This document shows, piece by piece, positions 59,301 to 64,000 of a DNA stretch of 64,000 nucleotides. The position numbers and the translations under genes are program-made. The notes under the pieces were generated by a model. It made no database searches. It saw only the letters and a list, made by a program, of their open reading frames with translations, and was not told the DNA's origin. Origin of the DNA: Neophaeotheca triangularis (lineage: Eukaryota); assembly GCA_054600435.1 (NCBI GenBank), contig BAAIJX010000018.1:310001-374000 (forward strand), read 5' to 3'. Numbering within the stretch: position 1 is the first letter of the stretch; each line of letters begins with the position of its first letter.

Positions 59301-61133
59301 AAGGATCGACTAGGAGCTTTAAAGGAGCTAGAGGTAGAGGGAGAGTAGGAGATGCCCAAACTCGGCGAACTAAGTGAAGAAGAGTCTAAAGTTAAGCGTG
59401 ATGTATAAGTAAGTCTAGAGATTAATGCTGACCCTAAATTGTAATAGGTTCTAAGGGTAGCGCGACCCGATAAGGAGCGCCTCCCTATCCTCTACTACCT
59501 AGGAGGAAGGGCTCCTACTAGCGAAGCTAGAGATAGTAGTATAGTCGATAATTTAAGGTCCTACTTTAGAGGAGTAGCCCTATCTAAGTTGACTATAACT
59601 ATAGCGAAGGCTATACTAGTATAGCTTGAAGTTAAAGTTAACCTAGTAGATATAAACATAGAGCCTAACTTTAATCGAATTTAGGACAATTAGTATAGAG
59701 ACCTAATAAGATACTTCTAAAAGAAGGGTATACCCTCGGATTAGACCGAGTCTTAGACATACTACTTCTATAGGTATATAAAGGAGTACTAGTACGACTA
59801 AGAAACGAGGAAGCTTAGCTGTTATTCTAATAGGTAGTAGCTCCTATACGTCGACTCTAAGGACGTAGGGAAGATCCTCTATTCAGCTTATAATCGTAAC
59901 AGCTACTTTAATTCGAAGATCGTCGCGAAGAAGCTAAGAGCACGCTTGTTCTAGCCTACTATAGTTAAGGATATTAAGGATTATACTAACTCCTACATGA
60001 AGTACACGATGTTTATCTAGCGAGTTAAGAGTGAGCCCATATAATCACTAGACGTACTCTACCCCTAGGAGCTTGTCTAGGTAGACCTCGTAGGCCCCTA
60101 GCTAGAGTTAAAGTATAGGAATGTATAACTACTAGTCGTAACTTGCTGCTTTTCTAGGTACACTATTACTCGAGCTCTCCTAGGAAAGTCAGGTTAGTAT
60201 ATAGTATAAGCGCTCGAGGAGATCTTTGACATGTTAGTAAATCTACTAGTGTTATATATAGATCTAGGGAAAGAGTTCATTATAGGAATAGTTGTCGAGA
60301 CTATAGAGTCGCGAGGGATACTACTCAAGTTTGCCCTACTAGTAGCTTACCGCCTAACTAGAGTAGTCGAGAACATTAATCGGATCCTCTAGCGAAGTAT
60401 AGAGAAGTCCATGCCGATTTATCGAGATAAAAGGGGTAACGCTATTAACTTAGTTTAGGAGTAGGACTGCATAGCTCAATATAGTACCTAAGTAGCGAAT
60501 TAACGCTTCGTCGCCTATTTAGGCTTCTCTCTATCTAAGGTACTACTAGGATACCTTCCGGATAATCTAAAGGATACCGAGAACATGTACCCTACTTAAC
60601 GCCGTAAGCAAGTCACTACATTAATAGATAGTATGAAGCTCGAAGACATTCCTAATAGGGACCTATTCCTTTCAAGTTTTAGCTTAGTAATAAAGCGGTA
60701 TAAAGATCGAGAGTTAGCTCGGATAAACAAGGAACGGGATTATAAGGTCCGAACGAAGGCCTTTAATCATGGCTTAAAAAGATCGAAGGTCAAGATTAGG
60801 GACTAGGTATTCTACTAGCTAACGATACCGCTATTAAGGAAGGGTATCGATCCGTTCTAGGAAGGCCCCTTTCGTGTCGTTAGGTACTCAGGCGAGAACA
60901 ACAAGTCTATAATCCTAGAAAGACTAAACGAGAAGGCTAAGCAACGCGACCTTTACTCGTATATATAGCTAAGGCATCTTAGTAGAATGCGGGTGTTCCT
61001 ACCGAGACCGAAGAGAATAAGACCTCCCCCTAGGGCCGATAAGATTATTAGAGAAGGCGGAGATGATAAGGAGGTAATGGAGGAAGCGATTGAAGAGTTA
61101 GTCGGGGTGACTAAGTTGGAAAACGGTAAGTAG
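56388..61133 (+). pseudogene. pol: pol (RT, RNase H, large insertion, integrase) of element D, resuming after copy C
   Basis: A single reading frame carries the RT, RNase H and integrase motifs. Stops checked were RIP-type TAG/TAA. Confidence 0.85.
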
Positions 61134-61287
61134 GAAGAGCCGGTGGTACCGGAACGGCTATTTCGGCTTTGTCTGCGTTTGTTGACAGAAAAGGGGGGAA
61201 TGGCAGCTTTTATTACCTTTATAGAGACTATAACAGTAGACTAGCTTTTCGGAGATACAACCCCATATGCAGAATCCAGCTCTTCCT
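61132..61287 (+). repeat. 3' LTR of element D
   Basis: Direct repeat of 45356-45511 followed by AACCC. Confidence 0.9.
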
Positions 61288-63078
61288 AACCCCAATGTCT
61301 TCACTCCTCCTCTGTGCTTGATCGAACTTGTCTCTGTGATGCTGCATTCTTGTCCCCCGGCTTCCTTGTGCACTCTCAACTTGCTGCCCATGGCAGTCGA
61401 TTTGGGCTTTTACGTGGTCTCCACATTTCGGTTTCGAGTATAGGCTGTAATATCTCTTCCCAAGTTCAGCCATTTCTTACCGCTCTCGGCACCTAGATGC
61501 ATTCCATCTGCACGGCAATGGCAGCGATGCCGGTGCCTGCAGGGCACCTGTATCATTAGACCTGGAGCGGTTGTCCTGGTATTCTGTGCCCGTTTTTGCC
61601 GAGAGGGACCCATACAAGTCGGTCGAGTGCTATGATTTTCTAGTTTGCGTCTCAATGTGGAGCATTTTCAGGCTACATCACCTAGCCACGCCTCATTCCC
61701 GAGATTTCGCAACTCAATGCACAATTTCCAAGGCTCTCGGCGCCCGAATCATCTTGATCTGGCTGGCCACGGTAATGGCCCTGCGTTTCTGCTACTTTGA
61801 GAACGGCCTCTTTGGTAGACAGCTTGCAGGTAACGTATGCTCATTGTCTCGCCGAGTAGACGCCCAACGACCGCTTTGAAACCCAAATGGCCTCATTTAC
61901 CTTCCAATGCATAGCATTCAAGACTTGCATTGCAATTTTGGTGAGCAACATCTGAAATTTTGCACACTTGATGCAGCGGTTCCCCTCCCGGCGCAGGAAC
62001 GCAGTATGATCAAGCTGGCCACGACAAAACCACTGGTGGCGAGCTGATCCTGTCCTTGGTAATCGAAAGTCTGGTTCAAGCCAATGCTTGCTTGTTTCCT
62101 GCCGACAGCGGTTCCTGTTGAACTCAAAACATCGCAAACCTTCTCGATGGTAGAGTTTCGGCACTTAGATGCGGTTTTTGAACCGCCAATGCTGCTGCTT
62201 TCGGCGCCTAATGCACGATAGAAAGCGTTCTCGGCATGAAAAATTGCCCTTTTCCTGGCCACGGAGGAGAGCCGGACGGTGTCTTGCTTGTGCTTCCATT
62301 GAGTGTAGTGACTGTGACATAGTGAAGTTTATTGCTCGTTGCCGCCGAGAAAGAGTGTCGGAAGCCATGCGAAAGGACTGTTTACCGGCGATTTCTTCCA
62401 GTGCATGCCCCTTGCAATTGATCTGCGGGAATTTTCCACTCGTATGCCCGTCAGCCGCCCGGTATAACCTGCTCCCGGCGCATGTCTTCTGCACTTTTGA
62501 AGCACCGTCGGTGGCGATACCGCTGCGATGCTGGAAATTGTCTCGGTTTGCGGCTCCCAGTCTCAAGCCATGCAGCGCCCACACTTGCACCAGGGACAAC
62601 TTGCATGGATATCTTTGGCGCCTAGTAAGGGGTATCCGCGGCCACCATTGTTTCAGACCACGTCGAACCACGGTACAGAAGCCACAAAGAAGTGCAGATG
62701 TCGGGATCGAACGGCTGTCATTTCCAGACTTCTGGCTTCTCTCGTCCATTCTCTAGCGCGCGACGGGATGCAGCCAATCATCCAAAGGCTCACGTCTCGA
62801 CCTCCACTTCACGTCATGGCACCGATCAGCATCTTCGGCATCCACAATGTCAAAGTATGGGTCGTGATAATTCTCCGGCGCGTATTCGTAGGTAAGGTAG
62901 TGGCAACTGAGCCAGGAGGCCGTCATCAACGTAACTCGCAAAGACCCGCCGCGGAACCACACACGAGAGTGATTCTTCTCGCCACCGGGATTCATCTGGT
63001 CAATCTTGGGAATCAAACCACAGCTCCATTATCCCTCCCAACCAGTACATTGGACACACTAGAAGCCCCAAAGCAACA

Positions 63079-64000
63079 ATGGCGACGACCCAAACCCAGG
63101 CTTACGTCGCCCGACCCGCAACGACCGGCACCACACTCGAAACCGTACACCTCGCAGCCCCGGGCCCACACGAACTCCTAGTAGACATTGCAGCCGCGAG
63201 TGTCTGCCACACGGACGTGCGCGCCGCTCAAGGGACCTTCCACCTCGGGGCACCTTTGATCCTCGGCCACGAGGGCGCCGGTATCGTGCGCTCGACGGGC
63301 AGCGCGGTCAGCTATGTCCAACCTGGCGATCGGGTAGTGTTATCGTATGCCAGCTGCGGCATGTGTAGACGCTGTGTCGGGGGCAAGAACGCTTATTGCG
63401 ATGAGCTGATGCCGGTTGGGTTTGGTGGGAGGCGGTATGCGGGGTTGGGGAGTGTGAAGGGGGAGGGAGAAGTTGTTGTCAGGGATGAGAAGGGTGAGTT
63501 GATTAATGGGCTGTTTTTTGGGCAGAGCAGCATGTCCCGTGTTGCGCTCGTACATGAGAGTGCATGTGTGAAAGTTGGAGCGGCGACTACGAAGGAGGAG
63601 TTGAAGTTGTTTGCAAGCTTGGGCTGTGGGATTCAGACTGGTGCTGGTGCCATTCTGAACATTGCTAAACCCGAGCCGGGGAGTGGTGTAGCGATTTTTG
63701 GTGCTGGCGCAGTGGGGTTATCAGCACTTCTCGCAGCGGCTCTGTTCTCGCCCGCCACGCTCGTGTTGATCGACAATTCTGCTGCTAAGTTGGCCATGAT
63801 ACCAAAAGAGATCCTCAGCAAAGCCACCCACGTAGTAAACCCCAACGATCTACCTACGGAGAATCCCAACGCCTTGGCTGAGCATTTGCAAGCTCTTTCC
63901 CCCGACGGCAAGGGTCTGGATGTCTGTTTAGACTGCGTAGGCCATGAGTCGATATTGGTGACCGGCCACGCCGCCCTTGCCAAGATGGGCACTCTCATCA
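63079..64000 (+). CDS. Zinc-dependent medium-chain alcohol dehydrogenase (aryl/benzyl-alcohol DH-like), 3' end outside the window
   Basis: Open frame from ATG 63079: VCHTD, LGHEGAG, CGMCRRC..G....C, LGCGIQTGAG, FGAGAVG. Confidence 0.9.
   Translation, partial: MATTQTQAYVARPATTGTTLETVHLAAPGPHELLVDIAAASVCHTDVRAAQGTFHLGAPLILGHEGAGIVRSTGSAVSYVQPGDRVVLSYASCGMCRRCVGGKNAYCDELMPVGFGGRRYAGLGSVKGEGEVVVRDEKGELINGLFFGQSSMSRVALVHESACVKVGAATTKEELKLFASLGCGIQTGAGAILNIAKPEPGSGVAIFGAGAVGLSALLAAALFSPATLVLIDNSAAKLAMIPKEILSKATHVVNPNDLPTENPNALAEHLQALSPDGKGLDVCLDCVGHESILVTGHAALAKMGTLI

Larger units (their letters stand above)
45356..61287 (+). mobile_element. Non-chromovirus Ty3/gypsy LTR retrotransposon D (~8.74 kb excluding nested copy C), RIP-inactivated
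   Basis: 156-bp terminal direct repeats and TSD AACCC (45351-45355, 61288-61292). CCHC knuckle (~47314), protease-like VIAD(Q)G(S)D (~48211), RT FDLKNGY(W) and FYxDD (~56823, ~57063), RNase H YVDAS (~57512), integrase (H)DRNG(H)F...CxxC, VDLVGP, GPF (59890-60870). No chromodomain seen. Confidence 0.9.

Noticed and set aside
45356..61287. GCTCTTC (SapI) sites at both ends of the D repeats suggesting a cloning artefact
   Set aside because: The repeats differ by natural RIP transitions, have a TSD and enclose a full gypsy domain set.
61300..63050. Several 100-200 aa ORFs on both strands (e.g. 62165-62749 minus) as a possible gene or HET-like pseudogene
   Set aside because: No motif or consistent exon structure could be supported; needs a homology search.
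1..64000. tRNA, rRNA or snoRNA genes
   Set aside because: None recognised by eye; a covariance-model scan would be needed to exclude them.

Overview
Eukaryotic window from a filamentous ascomycete. The spliceosomal introns, gene set and strong RIP suggest a Dothideomycete, possibly Mycosphaerellaceae (inference). Two RIP-mutated blocks of nested Ty3/gypsy LTR retrotransposons (1-~10970 and 45356-61287) flank a gene-dense core. The core holds a MULE-derived zinc-knuckle gene, rpl28, a DUF2015 gene, tom7, hsh49/SF3B4, an ATRX-like SNF2 helicase, glutathione synthetase, a DUF4203 membrane protein, sec8 and a tandem cluster of four Myb/SANT-like genes. A zinc-dependent alcohol dehydrogenase runs off the right edge. 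Main observation: three copies (A, B, C) of one chromovirus family are nearly identical in pol and R-U5, but each carries a different 3' module. That module is an antisense ORF encoding a Zn(II)2Cys6-like cluster plus a coiled coil, adjacent to a U3 built from its own short repeated motif, which suggests a swappable transcription-factor/enhancer cassette. A fourth, unrelated gypsy element (D) has 156-bp LTRs with non-canonical AG...CT ends and three tandem GATA-like zinc fingers between RNase H and integrase. All protein readings of transposon ORFs rely on manually reverting RIP changes (TA back to CA/TG). No database searches were run.
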